Source: Halobacteriales archaeon QH_8_67_36
GTDB taxonomy: Archaea; Halobacteriota; Halobacteria; Halobacteriales; Haloarculaceae
Length of the DNA stretch: 37,235 nucleotides
NCBI GenBank assembly: GCA_003021755.1
Contig: PXQZ01000114.1
Span: forward strand, 1 to 37,235
Direction: 5' to 3'
The notes under the pieces were generated by a model. That model was not told the origin of the DNA. It searched no databases and worked only from the letters and a program-made list of their open reading frames with translations. Shown here in pieces: positions 23,760 to 34,085 of the stretch. Every line of letters begins with the position of its first letter. The first letter of the stretch is position 1. Position numbers and translations under genes: made by a program.

Positions 23760-23837
23760 CACCGGCACTACGCCGCCGAGCGGTAAAACGCTGCGTGGAC
23801 CGGCACGCTGATAACCGTTCACGGGCTGGGCTCACAC

Positions 23838-24017
23838 ATGACAGCCATCATCTCACCACGCGAGCGGAAGTGTGAGCGGTGCGGGCGACGCGACCTGTGG
23901 GAAGACGACGACGTCACCTGGCGAATCGCGGTCGTGGACGGCGAGAAGCAGTCCGGGAACCCCCACTGTCTCCACGAGTGGGATATCAACGGGACGTTCA
24001 ACCCGGTCGATTCGTAA
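23838..24017 (+). CDS. HEWD family small zinc-finger-like protein, 59 aa (not in ORF track)
   Basis: MTAIISPRERKCERCGRRDLWEDDDVTWRIAVVDGEKQSGNPHCLHEWDINGTFNPVDS, with CxxCG and HCLHEWD. Confidence 0.88.
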   Translation: MTAIISPRERKCERCGRRDLWEDDDVTWRIAVVDGEKQSGNPHCLHEWDINGTFNPVDS

Positions 24018-24081
24018 CGCGCACCTCTCCGGCACCGTCTTCGAAAGTCCGGTTCGGCGCGGCGAAAGGTGCCCGCAGTGC

Positions 24082-27000
24082 CTATGGCGTCGGTTCGGCC
24101 GACGGCTGCGCGATACGTTCGGTCGGTGTGCCGTCCGTTGTGCTTCCGTCCGACGTGCCGTCTGTCGACGATCCGCCGGACGTGCCGTCGGTCGTCGTCT
24201 CGTTGGTGTCGTTTGTTACCGTCTCGTTCGTGCTGGTGTCGTTGGCGGTCAGGTCGACCGTCGACGCCGTGGTGTTCTCACCGATGACCTGCCCTTCGGT
24301 GACCTGCGTGGTCGCCGCGCCGCTGCCGTTTTCAGTCACCTGAAACAGGTACGGCGTCTGAGCACGGACGCTGACGTCGGTGTACCCTTCCGCTGTACCC
24401 CAGTTGTCGTAACCGGTTGTGGAGTACGGGACCGTCATCTCGAAGCTCCCGTCGGCACCCACTTGGGCCTGCTGGCGGTAGACGAACGACTCGTTGGTGA
24501 CGTTGTTGCGCATCTGGACGCTGGCGGTCACCGTCGAGTTGGCCGGGGCGGTCCCTTCGATGGTCCCGCCGTCCACCCGCTCGAATATCTTCGTCCACGC
24601 CGGGTTGGTGTGATCCATTACCCCCGCGGCCCCGTCGGGCTGGCAGTAGGTCCGGTTGCCGATCGGCATCGTCGTCTGGTTCTCGGCACACGTGCCGGTC
24701 TGGGACTGCTGGCTCGGCAGCCCGCCAAAGGCCGACTCGATGAGCTGGAACTGGTTGTGCGCACCCGATTCGTAGGCGCTGGTCCGACTGGACCCGACGT
24801 AGCGGTAGTGTTCGAGTGCCGGGACCCGTTCTCCGGGCTGGGCGCCGAAGCCACCTACCTGTGAAGTGGCGTCCGACTCGGTGTAGTTCCGGGCCGCTTC
24901 CATCGTCGGGAACGGTTTCACAGCGGGCGACTCCTGTGGCGAGGTGCGGACGGTCTGCCCGTTTCGCGTGGTCGCCGTTTCCCAGTCGACGACGTAGGGC
25001 TGGGGCTCCATGGCGCTCCCGTGGTACTCGTAGAGCCTGACGACCATGCTCTCGTAGTAGGCCTGTGTCCGGTAGTTGAAGTACCGCTGTGGGTTCTGCC
25101 GACTCCGAACCGTCCCGTAGTAGTCGCTTTGAGAGACGTTCGAGGTGTCGTAGAACCGGGGCGGGGCGAAGAACTTCCCGCCGCCCTGGCCGTAGGTGTT
25201 TGCCATCTTCCAGTCGACGGCCACGTACCGGGTGGCGGCGCCGTTCTCATCGGTCTCATTGAGGACAGCGTTGGCCTGCGTCTCGTTGGGCGCGAGCAGG
25301 AAGTTCGCCGCGGTGGTCGCCCCCTGCTGGAACGGGTTCGCGTTCGGTATCCGCTCGCCCTGCACCGTGATGATGTGGCCGTAGTCCCACCAGGACATCA
25401 CGCCGTACGACCCTGTGGAGTAGGTGAAGTCCTCGCGATCCGTGTAGGTGCCGTAGTACTCCAGCGATCCGTTGCCGCCCGTCCCGTAGGCGCCTTCGGC
25501 CGGCGAGTTCTCGTCGAGCCACTCCATGCTCTCGGACCAGGCGTCCGGTTCCTGGCCGGGGCTCGCGGACCCACCGACGGCCATTGCCGTCGGGGAGACA
25601 AGCAGGAGCGTCCCGAACAGAATCAGCGCGACAGAGGCGATAGTGATGACCTCGTAGGCCTCGACGCCGTCGTCGAGCGAGAAGTCGGTCCAGCGAACCA
25701 CGTAACCGACGGCCACCGCCGTGAGCGCGGCCACGGGGAAAACGAGATAGACGCCAAAGCGAATCTGCGTGAACGACGCCGCCAGGATGAACGCGAACCA
25801 GACGACCATGAGGAACCGCTCCGCGCTGGCGTCCCTGTCGAAAACCTGGTTGAACAGGACGAGGGCGGCGCCGATAATCGCCGTAAACAGCGCCAGACCG
25901 TGGTACTGGTAGAGCCGGCCAGGGTTCCGGAGCGGCGTCGCCTCACCGACGGAGGTCTGTGTCGCGGACGGACTCGTGGTGAACCCGACGACCCGGAGCA
26001 CCTGGTTCGACAGGTAGCCGAAGATGTCCGGCGTCAGTACGGCCGTCAGTATCGTGACCGTCGCCAGGATGCCGCCGACGATGACCGGGTAGAGGTTCCG
26101 GTCGTAGTCGTTGGCCTCGACGAATCGGGCCAGCCAGGCCATGAATACGCAGCCGGCACCGACAGCGAACGCCAGCAACACCTGCAGTAGCGTGTGGTCG
26201 GTCGCCGAAATCGTCAGCCGCTGGAGGACGGCGAGTTGCAGCACGGTCACCGTACCCATCGTGACGGCGCCGGCGATAGCGGTATGTTCAGGGCTCTTCC
26301 CGCGGACGAACTCGAGTGTCAGCCACAGCAGGAAGAACGTTCCCAGAATACCGAGCAGGAGGACGGCAGGCGGCCACGTCCAGAGATACAGTGAAATCGC
26401 GATGCCCGCGAGCACCGAGTAGCCGACGGTGGCTCTGAGCGCCGGGACGTCACGGTCGAGAAACTGCTCGTAGACGGGTTTGTCACGCTCGGCGACCGAC
26501 AGCGCGACCATCACGGACAGGATGGCGGTCACCTGAAGAAGCCCCTCCGCGACCTGGTGATCGTAGACGCCGACGAGGCTCCGCTGGAGGAACACGCCGG
26601 CCGACAGCGCCAGGATTCCGGCCGCGGTCACGCCGCCGATTCGCCCGGCCAGTCGGCGTCCGATGACGTAGGTCGGAATCGCCGCCACCGCTCCCATCAC
26701 GGGCGGGGCGAAGAGGGCGACCATCGCGACCGTGTGGGCGCTGGGGTCGCCCAGCCCGATGATGAGCGCAATCGTGCCGAACACCTGGTCCATCAGCGTG
26801 CCGAACTGGCCCGAGCGGGTCCCGTACGGGAAGTACGTCCACGGGTCGAACGGCATCGTCGCGGGCCAGTTCCTGACGACGTACATCGTCGAGCGGTAGT
26901 GATACCACGGGTCGGGCGCGCCGAACAGGACCTCACCGTCGACGATGTACGACGAGTAGTTCTGTGCCCGGTTCCACAGCATGAACCCGAACACGAGGAG

Positions 27001-27090
27001 GAGGGCTGGTACGTGGTACCATGTTTTGACCCTGTCCAGCGTGGACTCAGGTTCGGGGTTTTCCGCGGACGTCCCCCGTGAGTGACTCAT
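24082..27090 (-). CDS. aglB: Archaeal oligosaccharyltransferase AglB (STT3 family)
   Basis: DPWYH, DHQVAE, SVGE, WWDYG, ANPFQ, DWKM; multi-pass N-terminal half. Confidence 0.97.
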   Translation of the reverse strand: MSHSRGTSAENPEPESTLDRVKTWYHVPALLLVFGFMLWNRAQNYSSYIVDGEVLFGAPDPWYHYRSTMYVVRNWPATMPFDPWTYFPYGTRSGQFGTLMDQVFGTIALIIGLGDPSAHTVAMVALFAPPVMGAVAAIPTYVIGRRLAGRIGGVTAAGILALSAGVFLQRSLVGVYDHQVAEGLLQVTAILSVMVALSVAERDKPVYEQFLDRDVPALRATVGYSVLAGIAISLYLWTWPPAVLLLGILGTFFLLWLTLEFVRGKSPEHTAIAGAVTMGTVTVLQLAVLQRLTISATDHTLLQVLLAFAVGAGCVFMAWLARFVEANDYDRNLYPVIVGGILATVTILTAVLTPDIFGYLSNQVLRVVGFTTSPSATQTSVGEATPLRNPGRLYQYHGLALFTAIIGAALVLFNQVFDRDASAERFLMVVWFAFILAASFTQIRFGVYLVFPVAALTAVAVGYVVRWTDFSLDDGVEAYEVITIASVALILFGTLLLVSPTAMAVGGSASPGQEPDAWSESMEWLDENSPAEGAYGTGGNGSLEYYGTYTDREDFTYSTGSYGVMSWWDYGHIITVQGERIPNANPFQQGATTAANFLLAPNETQANAVLNETDENGAATRYVAVDWKMANTYGQGGGKFFAPPRFYDTSNVSQSDYYGTVRSRQNPQRYFNYRTQAYYESMVVRLYEYHGSAMEPQPYVVDWETATTRNGQTVRTSPQESPAVKPFPTMEAARNYTESDATSQVGGFGAQPGERVPALEHYRYVGSSRTSAYESGAHNQFQLIESAFGGLPSQQSQTGTCAENQTTMPIGNRTYCQPDGAAGVMDHTNPAWTKIFERVDGGTIEGTAPANSTVTASVQMRNNVTNESFVYRQQAQVGADGSFEMTVPYSTTGYDNWGTAEGYTDVSVRAQTPYLFQVTENGSGAATTQVTEGQVIGENTTASTVDLTANDTSTNETVTNDTNETTTDGTSGGSSTDGTSDGSTTDGTPTERIAQPSAEPTP

Positions 27091-27185
27091 TGGTCCCAGA
27101 CACTGCCAAAGCGCGCATAAGCCTTTTGACCTCGACTCGATGCGGATGGAAACGCCTAACCCGAACGGTGGACCATCTCCCCGGT

Positions 27186-28087
27186 ATGCGCGTCTCGGTC
27201 GTCCTGTGTACGCACACGCTGGCGCGGTTCGACGACTGCTGCGAGGCGGCCGAGAGCGTCCTCGCCCAGTCCTACGACGACGTGGAACTCGTGCTGGTCT
27301 CGGACGGGAACGACGACCTGTACGAACGGTTCGAGGCGACGTTCAGAACGTCGGACTGCTGGAGAGCCGGAACAACGGGGCTGAACTCGCGACGGGTGAC
27401 GTGGTCGCCTTCATCGACGACGACGCCGTCGCCGCCGAGAACTGGGTCGAGCGACTCGTCACAACGTACGAAGCTGACCCGGACCGGCAGGCAGTCGGCG
27501 GTCGGATGGTCCCCGCGTGGGTCGCAGGCAAACCGAGTTTCCTCCCCGAGGAGTTCTACTGGCTGGTCGGCGTCACGAACCGGGGCTTTGGGCCCGACGG
27601 CGACCCCGAGACGGCCGGCGAAGTCCGTAACACGTTCGGGTCGAACATCTCCTTTCGCCGGGACGTGTTCCTCGACCTGGGCGGGTTCGAGGACGACATC
27701 GGCGGCCGCCAGGGTGGAAAGAACCTCCAGGGCGGCGAGACGGAGCTCTGTGCCCGCCTTCGGAGCGAGTACGACACGGGCGTCTACTACGTCCCCGACG
27801 CGCTGGTCGCTCACAAGATATTCGACTACCGGACCGACCCCGGCTGGCTCGTCGACCGGGCGTTCTGGCAGGGGTATTCGAAACGGGGGATGGAGACCTT
27901 CGTTCCCGAGTCGACCGGTGAGGAGTCGGATTTCCTCAAGATGCTCCTGCTCTCGTTCGTTCCTCAGCGACTTGTCTCCCTGGTCCGTTCGCCCTCTCTC
28001 GCCGGCGTTCTCCAGATCCTGTTCCTGTTCGTCCTGACCGGCTGTGTCAGCGCCGGGTATCTCTACGGCACGACGGTGTGGGGATAA
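27186..28087 (+). pseudogene. aglG: GT2 glycosyltransferase, AglG-like, frameshifted near 27344
   Basis: MRVSVVLCTH...ERFEATF is in one frame. NVGLLESRNNGA...AFIDDDA...GGETE...RAFWQGYSK continues in another. Divergent from aglB. Confidence 0.85.
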
Positions 28088-28088
28088 G

Positions 28089-29072
28089 ATGAGCGGCCTC
28101 GATGTCCTCTGGTTGACCCCCGAAAAGCCGGAAAACATCAGCGTCGGTCGTGAGCGAATCAGCCGCTACGTCGAGGCGGCGGGCCACACCGTCGAGCTTC
28201 GGGGGAGCACGCTCCAAACGGCAATCACCTCGTTCGGCGACGGTGACGAGTTCGACGTCATCGTCGGGACGACTCGCCTCGGAGCGGTCATCGCCACAGC
28301 CGTCGGGACGGTGCACGACATCCCGGTCGTCGTCGACCACGTCGACCCGATTCGCCAGCTCCGCGAGACGGACGGCCGAGCCCTCGCGGCCGTGGTCGAA
28401 CGCTTCGAGAACCTCGTTTTCCGCCTCGCTGACCACGTCGTTTACGTCTACCCGGAGGAGACCGCCCGGGTCGAGTCACGAGCGAGCGCGTGGTCCCGGA
28501 CGAACCTCGGTGTCGACTATGACCGGTTCTCCACACCCTCCGACGCCATCGTCGACAGTGCAAGAGCAAATCTGGGCTCCCTCTCGTCCGACGTCGCCAT
28601 CTACGTCGGCGGGCTGGAACCGATGTACGAGATAGAAGCGATGCTCGACAGCGTCGCCTATCTGGACGACTGGACGCTTCTGGTCGCCGGTGCCGGCTCG
28701 CTCGAGCCCGCTGTTGAGGCCGCAGCCGCAACGTCCGACACTATTCAGTTTCTCGGGGTCGTCCCACACGAACATATCCCTGGCTATCTCCGGCTCGCGG
28801 ATGTCGGCATTGCGCTCGTCGACGACCCGCACACGCTGAAAGTGCTCGAATACGGTGCTGCCGGCCTGCCGTTCGTCCAGCTTGCCGGTCACGCGGAGTC
28901 CCGGTTCGGCGGTCTCGCCGAGTACACCTCGACCGAGCCGCGTGAGGTGGCGGCTGCCATCGAACGGGCGGGGGCGGCAGACACTGGGACAGCACTCCAG
29001 CGGTACGTTGGGCAGTTCGACTGGGAACGGATTGCCCGGACGTACGTTCGAGTAATCACAACCGTCAAATAG
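28089..29072 (+). CDS. GT4 (GT-B) glycosyltransferase
   Basis: IYVGGL, FLGVVPHEHIPGYLRLADVG, KVLEYGAAGLP, FDWERIA. Confidence 0.88.
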   Translation: MSGLDVLWLTPEKPENISVGRERISRYVEAAGHTVELRGSTLQTAITSFGDGDEFDVIVGTTRLGAVIATAVGTVHDIPVVVDHVDPIRQLRETDGRALAAVVERFENLVFRLADHVVYVYPEETARVESRASAWSRTNLGVDYDRFSTPSDAIVDSARANLGSLSSDVAIYVGGLEPMYEIEAMLDSVAYLDDWTLLVAGAGSLEPAVEAAAATSDTIQFLGVVPHEHIPGYLRLADVGIALVDDPHTLKVLEYGAAGLPFVQLAGHAESRFGGLAEYTSTEPREVAAAIERAGAADTGTALQRYVGQFDWERIARTYVRVITTVK

Positions 29073-29093
29073 TCTCCGTCAGACGATCCGCCC

Positions 29094-30449
29094 ATGAAAG
29101 ACGTTCTGCTGATTACCATCGACTCTCTCCGTGCAGACCACGTCGGCTGTCGCGGATACGAACGTGACACGACGCCGGTGATCGACGATTTCGCTGCAGG
29201 CGGCCACTCCTTCGACAACGCTTTTGCCCACGCTTGTAGTACTCGCCCCTCGTTTCCATCCATCATGAGTTCGACGCACGCGCTCATGCACGGCGGCTTC
29301 GAGACGATGACCGACAGGCGCACGATGGTCGCAGAAGTATTCGACGACGGTGGGTACGAGACGGCGGGCTTTCACTCCAATCTCTATCTATCGGCGGATT
29401 TCGGCTACGACCGTGGGTTTGACACGTTCTACGACTCGAAGACGGACCCGTCGCTGACCGCACGCGTTCGACAGCGAGTGCGGGATACTCTCGACTCTGA
29501 CGGGTTCCTCTATCAGTTCCTCGCGTCGGCGTTCGACACGGCCGAGCGGCAAGCCGGTATCAACATCGGCTCCGCCTACGAGACGGCGACGGACCTGACC
29601 GACCGCGCCCTGGAGTGGGTCAAACAGCAGTCGGCCGATGGACCCCGGTTCCTCTGGGTCCACTACATGGACGTCCACCACCCATACGTCCCGCCCGCGG
29701 AGTATCAGCGGGCGTTCCGGGACAGCCCGATATCCGAGTCACGGTCCATCCAACTCCGCCGGAAGATGATAGAGGAGCCCGGGACGGTGACCGACAGTGA
29801 ACTGCAGGACATCATCGACCTCTACGACGCGGAGATACGCTACACCGACGCCGAGATCGGGCGACTCATCGAGGAAGTCGAAGCGGCCTGGGGGACGGAC
29901 CCACTGACTGCCATCACCGCCGACCACGGCGAGGAGTTCCTCGACCACGGCAAGTTCAGCCACTACACGCACTTCTACGACGAGGTGATGCAAGTGCCCC
30001 TATTTATCGACGGCGTCCCGGAAAGTGGGAGTCACGACGAACTCGTCGGTTTGCAAGACGTACCGGCGACCCTCATCGACTACGCCGAACTCCCCAAACC
30101 CGACTCCTGGCAGGGGTGGAGCCTCAGGAAGCTACTCGACAGGGAGTCCTGGCCGCGGACTCACATCATCGGTGACTGGAGTGACCGGGACGGGGAGTTC
30201 CGTTACGGCTACCGTGACACGGAGTGGAAGTTCGTTCGCCGCGACTCCGGCGAGGAACTGTACTACCTCCCGGACGACCCGAAGGAACGACAAAACCTCA
30301 TCGACGAGAAACCGGACGCGGCCAAGCGACTGGGCGCAAAAATTGACGAACACGAGCGGGCCATCGCAGCGACGACATCCGAACAGGTCGAAGTCGAGAT
30401 GGACGAGGACGTAAAATCTCGCCTCCGTGACCTCGGGTACAAAGAATGA
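29094..30449 (+). CDS. Sulfatase-like alkaline phosphatase superfamily enzyme
   Basis: LLITIDSLRADH, CSTRPSFPSI, HYMDVHHPY, TADHGE, C-terminal RLRDLGY. Confidence 0.9.
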   Translation: MKDVLLITIDSLRADHVGCRGYERDTTPVIDDFAAGGHSFDNAFAHACSTRPSFPSIMSSTHALMHGGFETMTDRRTMVAEVFDDGGYETAGFHSNLYLSADFGYDRGFDTFYDSKTDPSLTARVRQRVRDTLDSDGFLYQFLASAFDTAERQAGINIGSAYETATDLTDRALEWVKQQSADGPRFLWVHYMDVHHPYVPPAEYQRAFRDSPISESRSIQLRRKMIEEPGTVTDSELQDIIDLYDAEIRYTDAEIGRLIEEVEAAWGTDPLTAITADHGEEFLDHGKFSHYTHFYDEVMQVPLFIDGVPESGSHDELVGLQDVPATLIDYAELPKPDSWQGWSLRKLLDRESWPRTHIIGDWSDRDGEFRYGYRDTEWKFVRRDSGEELYYLPDDPKERQNLIDEKPDAAKRLGAKIDEHERAIAATTSEQVEVEMDEDVKSRLRDLGYKE

Positions 30450-30468
30450 CCTTCGCTCGTGCCAGCTA

Positions 30469-31575
30469 ATGTCCCGAAGTGGCGACCCGGACCGAACGGT
30501 CCTGCTCGTTTCGAACCGCCGTCTCGACGAGAACGCAGGGCGGGCGGCGAAGTTCGAGACACGCGCGGAGAAGCTGTCGGACCGCGGATGGCGACTGACA
30601 GTCGGTTACGTCGACCCGTCTCTAGTGGGGACGGCCCTCGGGTTAGTCCGTTGTCTTCGACTCGCAGGAGATGCCGACGTTATCAATTCGGTCAGTAACC
30701 CCCCACAACTCCAGATAGTCGGCGGTATCGTTGCCCGCCTCACAGGGACGCCCTGGGTTGCGGAGTTCAGGGACCCACTTCTGGAGAACCCGGATGTCGA
30801 GTCGGACTCGGTCGCTGCACGCATCCGCCGGCGACTGGAGCGGTGTATCGTGGGCCATGCCGACGCCGTGGTCTGGTACGACGGTATCCAGATTCCAGAC
30901 GATTACTTCGAACGCGTGTACTCCGACCTGGACACGACGACAGTCCGGAAGCTCCCACCTATCGGATTCGACGAGGAGACGTTCGAGACGGTCGCTCCGG
31001 ACCAGATGGACCCGTTCACGGTTACATACGCGGGATCGTTCTACGACGGATGGATAGAGCCCTACACCTTTCTTCAGGGGCTTGGCGCGTACGTTGATGC
31101 TAGTCAGGCTGCTCCCAGTGATCTGCAAGCGGCGTTCTACGGCGACTGGAACAAGGAGTACCAGCGGGCTGCCACCGAACACGGTGTGTCCAGCTATGTT
31201 CAACCCCATGATTTCGTCCCACACCAGCACATCGTCGGGGTACTGAAGGCTTCAGATATTCTCCTGTACGTTGGCGGCGACGACCCACGAAACAGGCACA
31301 ACCTCCCGTCGAAGCTGTACGATTACATCGGAGCGAGGATACCGATTCTGGCAATCGTTGATCCCGAATTCCGCGTCGCCGAACTCATCAGGGAGTACGG
31401 TTTCGGCCTCGTCGTCGAGCCCGGTGACTGGGAGGGTGTCCGGGAAGCCATCGAGCGCATTCGGTCCGGCGCGTTCGACTACGCCCCTGACCCGGACGAT
31501 ATCGTGCGGTTCACACGGGGCCACAGTACGGACGCTTACGTAGAGGCGCTAGATTCAGTTACGGAGGGTCAGTGA
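30469..31575 (+). CDS. GT4 (GT-B) glycosyltransferase
   Basis: PWVAEFRDP, YAGSFY, FVPHQ, LPSKLYDYIGARIPILA. Confidence 0.88.
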   Translation: MSRSGDPDRTVLLVSNRRLDENAGRAAKFETRAEKLSDRGWRLTVGYVDPSLVGTALGLVRCLRLAGDADVINSVSNPPQLQIVGGIVARLTGTPWVAEFRDPLLENPDVESDSVAARIRRRLERCIVGHADAVVWYDGIQIPDDYFERVYSDLDTTTVRKLPPIGFDEETFETVAPDQMDPFTVTYAGSFYDGWIEPYTFLQGLGAYVDASQAAPSDLQAAFYGDWNKEYQRAATEHGVSSYVQPHDFVPHQHIVGVLKASDILLYVGGDDPRNRHNLPSKLYDYIGARIPILAIVDPEFRVAELIREYGFGLVVEPGDWEGVREAIERIRSGAFDYAPDPDDIVRFTRGHSTDAYVEALDSVTEGQ

Positions 31576-31578
31576 GCC

Positions 31579-33024
31579 CTACACGTTCCCGTCGTCCGCG
31601 TAGCCGAGCGCATTCAGTCGGGACTTGATGTCGTTCATATCCTCGTCTTCGATAGCAGTGTCTCGGCGCTTGCCGGACGCTGCGTTCTGTTCCTGCTTGC
31701 CGAGCTCTTCGGAAAGCAGGCTGTCGAGTCGCTCGCAGACGTCCGGATGGTCAGCAGCGATATCGTGGGTCTCGCTGGGGTCGGCCTTGAGGTCGTACAG
31801 TTCGATGTCCCCGTCGGCGTCGTACCAGCCCTGGCTCTGAAGGTAATCGACATCTCGCGGAACGATATACTTCCACCGGTCGGTCCGTACCATTTGCATC
31901 CGGTGTTCGATGCTCTCCGCAAAAACGTACTCTCGCTCGGCTGGGAGCACGTTGCCGCGAACGTCGGCCGGGATATCGATGCCCGCGTAGTCAAGGGCCG
32001 TCGGCGCGATGTCCGTCAGTTGCACCAGCCCGCCAAATCGCCCTGACCCATGTTCCGGATGGTGGATGATGAGCGGGACGTGTATCGACGTGTCGTACAA
32101 CCCGACGTTGTCGGAGAAGATGTCGTGCTCGCCGAAGTTGTGCCCGTGGTCGGCGGTGACGACGAACAGCGTCTCCTCCAGCAGTCCCTCCTCGCGGAGG
32201 TGTGCAACGAGTCGTCCTATCTGTTCATCTACCCAGGCGACGGCGCCGTCGTACGCTTCTTTGGCCTCGCCCATCGTCGTCTGCTCGCCGCGGGCGTACG
32301 CTTGGAACGCTGCCGAAAGAGGGCCCTTCTCACCCTCATTGAAGTACTTCGACAGCTCCTCGTCATCCTCGTCATAGGTAAACTGCTCCGTGTACTCCGA
32401 CGGCGGCAGATACGGCGGGTGGACGTCCCAGTAGTGCAATAGCGTAAAGAACGGCTCCTCTGCCGCATCTATACGGTCGATGGTGATATCGGTCAGTTCC
32501 TCGCAGTCGACACGGAAGTCTTCGTATCCCATGTGACGATAGTATTGTTTCATAATCGGCGTCAACAGCTGGTCCGGCAGTTCGAGGACACCGTCTTTGA
32601 CTCTGCTCAGGGCGCGTTCGGTCAGCGTATCGCCGGTGTCCTGGACGTTCCGGCCGCCGCTTTCGACGCCGTAGGTGTCGTACCCCCACTCGTGCCACCG
32701 TCCCATCCAGTCGACGCCGATGGTCTCGTAGCCGCGTTCGTTGAGCAGTTCGGGCAGGAACCTCGGCGACCGTTCTTCTAATCGCCTGAGATTCCCCTCG
32801 TTGTGCCGCGTACCGTGGTGAGTGATGCCATGCTCCCGCGGGTACTTGCCGGACATGATCGACGACATGCTCACGTCGGTTTTGTTCGACGCGGCGAAAC
32901 AGTTCTCGAAGACGAGCGACTCCTCGGCGAGCGCGTCGAGATTCGGTGTCGTCTGTGCGTCCCGTCCGAGACACCCGACATCAGAGGCTCGAAGTGCGTC
33001 AATGACGACGACCATCACGTTCAT
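31579..33024 (-). CDS. Sulfatase-like alkaline phosphatase superfamily enzyme
   Basis: VVVIDALRA, TPNLD, NKTDVSMSSIMSG, HYWDVHPPY, TADHGH, RLNALGY. Confidence 0.9.
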   Translation of the reverse strand: MNVMVVVIDALRASDVGCLGRDAQTTPNLDALAEESLVFENCFAASNKTDVSMSSIMSGKYPREHGITHHGTRHNEGNLRRLEERSPRFLPELLNERGYETIGVDWMGRWHEWGYDTYGVESGGRNVQDTGDTLTERALSRVKDGVLELPDQLLTPIMKQYYRHMGYEDFRVDCEELTDITIDRIDAAEEPFFTLLHYWDVHPPYLPPSEYTEQFTYDEDDEELSKYFNEGEKGPLSAAFQAYARGEQTTMGEAKEAYDGAVAWVDEQIGRLVAHLREEGLLEETLFVVTADHGHNFGEHDIFSDNVGLYDTSIHVPLIIHHPEHGSGRFGGLVQLTDIAPTALDYAGIDIPADVRGNVLPAEREYVFAESIEHRMQMVRTDRWKYIVPRDVDYLQSQGWYDADGDIELYDLKADPSETHDIAADHPDVCERLDSLLSEELGKQEQNAASGKRRDTAIEDEDMNDIKSRLNALGYADDGNV

Positions 33025-33212
33025 ACACCTGAATGACCCCGCCCTGAAATTTGTCTGTTTGGGTTCACTGTACGGTCATCAGTTACATTCCATGTTGGCT
33101 GCCGAGCTGTGCAATCATGAGTCACGAACGTGGCCAGCCAATCCCCTTAGGATCCCGGCAACGACGGACGTTTCACCGAAGGATTATGTGAACATCAGTA
33201 CAACCCGTTATC

Positions 33213-34085
33213 GTGGCATCTGGAGATGGCAGCCGTGTCGTTCCGGCGGCGTGGCGTGACTGGCCCGAACCGCGACCGGTCACGTGGCACGCACTGGCGT
33301 CCTTAGAGCGCTCGACACGGTTCGCCTCGATGGTCCGGAACACTCGGGACGTAGTGTTATTGTACCACTCTGTCGGGGGCGTCCCCGATACTGAGTATCA
33401 ATGGGACCTCTCAGTGTCGGTGTTTCGGGAGCAGATAGCCCAACTTTCCGCCCGATATGAGTTCGTCGATTTAGAAACCATCGCAACGACGAGTGAACCG
33501 TCTCAGAAACGCGTCGCCATCACGTTCGATGATGGCTTCCGGAACGTTTACCAGAACGCGCTCCCTGTTCTCGACGAGTTCGACGCGTCAGCGACGCTGT
33601 TCATCTGTCCGGCGTTTCTCGACGGCCGAAACGCGGCGCAGCTCCGGCGGCGACACGACCTGCCGTCGTCCGTCCGAAACGTTATCATGAGCACCGACCA
33701 ATTGCGTGATGTCGCCGCGACTGACCGCTACAGCATTGGCAATCACACGCTCACTCACCCTGACCTCGCGACGCTCCCAGACCGCGAGGCTATCGCGACG
33801 GAAGTGGCCAGGGCGAAAGAGCAGTTAGAGGAACTTACAGGCCTCTCGATCAACTGTTTCAGCTACCCATACGGCTCCTACGACGACCGTGCCGCGTCGG
33901 TCGCCGCCGAAAGCCACAATGTCGTCGTTACGTCCGAGCCACGGCTGGTCGAAACGGGTGACCGACCGACCGAAATTCCTCGACTCGATGCGTGTCTCCC
34001 CGCTGCAACGGTCGGTTTCGAGGCGACTGACCTCGCCGCACGACTGCGCCGGACCGCCCGGAAAGTGGGTACACGCTTTGTGTGA
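33213..34085 (+). CDS. Polysaccharide deacetylase (CE4/NodB); start may instead be the ATG at 33330
   Basis: LLYHSV, ITFDDG, GNHTLTH, FSYPYG. Confidence 0.88.
   Translation: MASGDGSRVVPAAWRDWPEPRPVTWHALASLERSTRFASMVRNTRDVVLLYHSVGGVPDTEYQWDLSVSVFREQIAQLSARYEFVDLETIATTSEPSQKRVAITFDDGFRNVYQNALPVLDEFDASATLFICPAFLDGRNAAQLRRRHDLPSSVRNVIMSTDQLRDVAATDRYSIGNHTLTHPDLATLPDREAIATEVARAKEQLEELTGLSINCFSYPYGSYDDRAASVAAESHNVVVTSEPRLVETGDRPTEIPRLDACLPAATVGFEATDLAARLRRTARKVGTRFV

Noticed and set aside
27330-27360. Programmed frameshift or phase variation in aglG
   Set aside because: There is no slippery heptamer or homopolymer, and residues appear to be missing at the junction, which fits a deletion.
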